Below, piece after piece: positions 33,096-34,562 of a stretch of 34,562 nucleotides of DNA (position 1 is the first letter of the stretch; each line of letters begins with the position of its first letter). The notes beneath the pieces are model-generated. The model did not search any database and had not been told where the DNA came from. It saw only the letters and a list, made by a program, of their open reading frames with translations. Made by a program: the position numbers and the translations under genes. The stretch comes from Gammaproteobacteria bacterium (lineage in GTDB: Bacteria > Pseudomonadota > Gammaproteobacteria > J025), in NCBI GenBank assembly GCA_003696645.1, contig RFGN01000038.1, positions 1 to 34,562 on the forward strand. The letters are read 5' to 3'.

Positions 33096-34562
33096 TTTCT
33101 GTTTCTTTTCTTTCTCTGAATTTTTGTGACTATCGGATTGCTCCAGTCTCCTGTTACAGAATATTGGATACTGACCGCGTTGTCGATTTGCGGCTCGAAT
33201 ATTTTCTGTATCACAAATACCGCCGCACCCACACCAACCCCTCCAGCAAGCGCCCCGGCAAGAGGCAAACTTGAGCCTACTTGAGGAATGATGGTAAGTT
33301 TCTGATTATAGTCCTTTTTCACCAGGCCTACCCGACCATTCATGGCCATCTTTGCAGCAGGACCTTCAATCATGAAATTATCAGTGTAGGCGTTACCATC
33401 ATGTACGGAAAACTGTCCGGATATCTTGTCAAAACTGAATCCCTTGTTGAAGATGTCGCTGAAATCCAGAGACAGACGTTTGGTTAGGGTTTGCAGGCTG
33501 AGGAGTCCAAAGATCCGCCCCGCCCCTGGATCGATATCCAGAATGCGCCCGTTTCTGAGCTGAAAGTTGATATCTCCCTTTATAGCAGCCAGAGAAAAAT
33601 CTCTTGGACTGCCTGACCAGTTGATATTGACCTGAGCCTCCCCCGTTCCACCATCAAGACCCTGAGTATATTGCCATTCCGAGAGTGTGGCTGCGGCATT
33701 CTGGGAATGGATCTTCAGATCTACTACCGATGACTGGCGGCCCGAAGGGTCCATCGTCCAGGCTCCGGTACCCGTAATCTGTGTCGCTTCAGTATTCGTC
33801 TCCAGATGATCGATGATGATTGCATTAGGCCGTCTTGAAGCAAGCAGTTTCATATGACCCAATTTCATCTCGTTATAGGTCATGTTCTGGATATCCAGAT
33901 CGATGGGCGAAAGGTCTGCTGGAGTTGCCCTTGAGCCGAAAGCTTCCGGCTCTTGCAGGATTTGACCGTCCCTGAGATGAAGATGATCCAATTTTGCCTT
34001 GACAGTCAGAGAAGGATTGGATGGGATATTCAATGTCCCGGCAATATCTCTGGAACGAAGGGTCACCAGCCAGTGATCCGGGGCATTCTCGGCCTGTATC
34101 TTGACCTTTTCTATCCTGCGCTGAAAGGCCTCAATCTGATTGGCTTGCAAATCAATCCTGATCGGTTGATATCCTGATGAACTTTCAGGAAGAGAATCAA
34201 TTACCCTGCTCCATGATTCCCATGATAGATATTCTGTTTTCCCATTGATTAAAATTTCATCGGTTACAGGCAATCTTGCCGGTTTGAAAAGCGAAAAATT
34301 GGCACGACGAATGGCATGTTCAGCATCTTGTTCATTCAACACCATCAGCCCGTTCAGAACCTGACCATACTGAATTTTCCAGGGTTCCAGCATATCGCCT
34401 GTAAACTGCTTTTCAATCCTGAGAGGTAATGCACGTTCAGTAGCCTTTGCAAAGGGTACAGGCAGTTGAACATCCATCCCTTGCATATCAGTCTGCAAAG
34501 TCAGGGTAGTCATCCTGGGCGCCAGGGTGTCAAACTTCAGACTGGATTTCCACAGGGCTGAC
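33092..34562 (-). CDS. yhdP: YhdP / AsmA-like phospholipid transport protein, C-terminal part (5' truncated by window edge)
   Basis: PGAGRIFGLLSLQ.L.KRL.LDFSD.F.KGF.FD, GP.A.M...G, Y.VTG.W.NP. Frame is open to the window end; ATGA overlap with the nitrilase gene. Confidence 0.92.
   Translation of the reverse strand, partial: SALWKSSLKFDTLAPRMTTLTLQTDMQGMDVQLPVPFAKATERALPLRIEKQFTGDMLEPWKIQYGQVLNGLMVLNEQDAEHAIRRANFSLFKPARLPVTDEILINGKTEYLSWESWSRVIDSLPESSSGYQPIRIDLQANQIEAFQRRIEKVKIQAENAPDHWLVTLRSRDIAGTLNIPSNPSLTVKAKLDHLHLRDGQILQEPEAFGSRATPADLSPIDLDIQNMTYNEMKLGHMKLLASRRPNAIIIDHLETNTEATQITGTGAWTMDPSGRQSSVVDLKIHSQNAAATLSEWQYTQGLDGGTGEAQVNINWSGSPRDFSLAAIKGDINFQLRNGRILDIDPGAGRIFGLLSLQTLTKRLSLDFSDIFNKGFSFDKISGQFSVHDGNAYTDNFMIEGPAAKMAMNGRVGLVKKDYNQKLTIIPQVGSSLPLAGALAGGVGVGAAVFVIQKIFEPQIDNAVSIQYSVTGDWSNPIVTKIQRKKRNRK

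Overview
Core-chromosome region of a gammaproteobacterium, possibly an autotroph because it carries a solitary proteobacterial-type phosphoribulokinase. On the minus strand are hflK-hflC-DUF2065-hisZ-purA and the long rpsB-tsf-pyrH-frr-uppS-cdsA-dxr-rseP-bamA-skp-lpxD-fabZ-lpxA-lpxB-PAP2 phosphatase cluster, with prk divergent between them. These are followed by map, a rhombosortase convergent with a second rhomboid, a small AT-rich islet at the 3' end of tRNA-Thr(CGT), dapC-dapD-dapE-metX-metW, and the convergent yhdP(partial)-nitrilase-mlaFEDCB cluster. I saw no CRISPR array, transposase or integrase, and the sequence does not demonstrate a new multi-gene system. The best hidden signal is a near-consensus sigma70 promoter just after purA that drives an unannotated, essentially leaderless 30-aa Trp-rich peptide (WRWHDCW) followed by alternative hairpins. 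This is a probable tryptophan-sensing leader for a gene beyond the left edge of the window. Other points of interest are rearranged gene neighbourhoods: yhdP linked to mla, a PAP2 phosphatase in place of rnhB, dap joined to met, and the tail-to-tail rhomboid pair. All product calls come from motif recognition and synteny, not from database searches.
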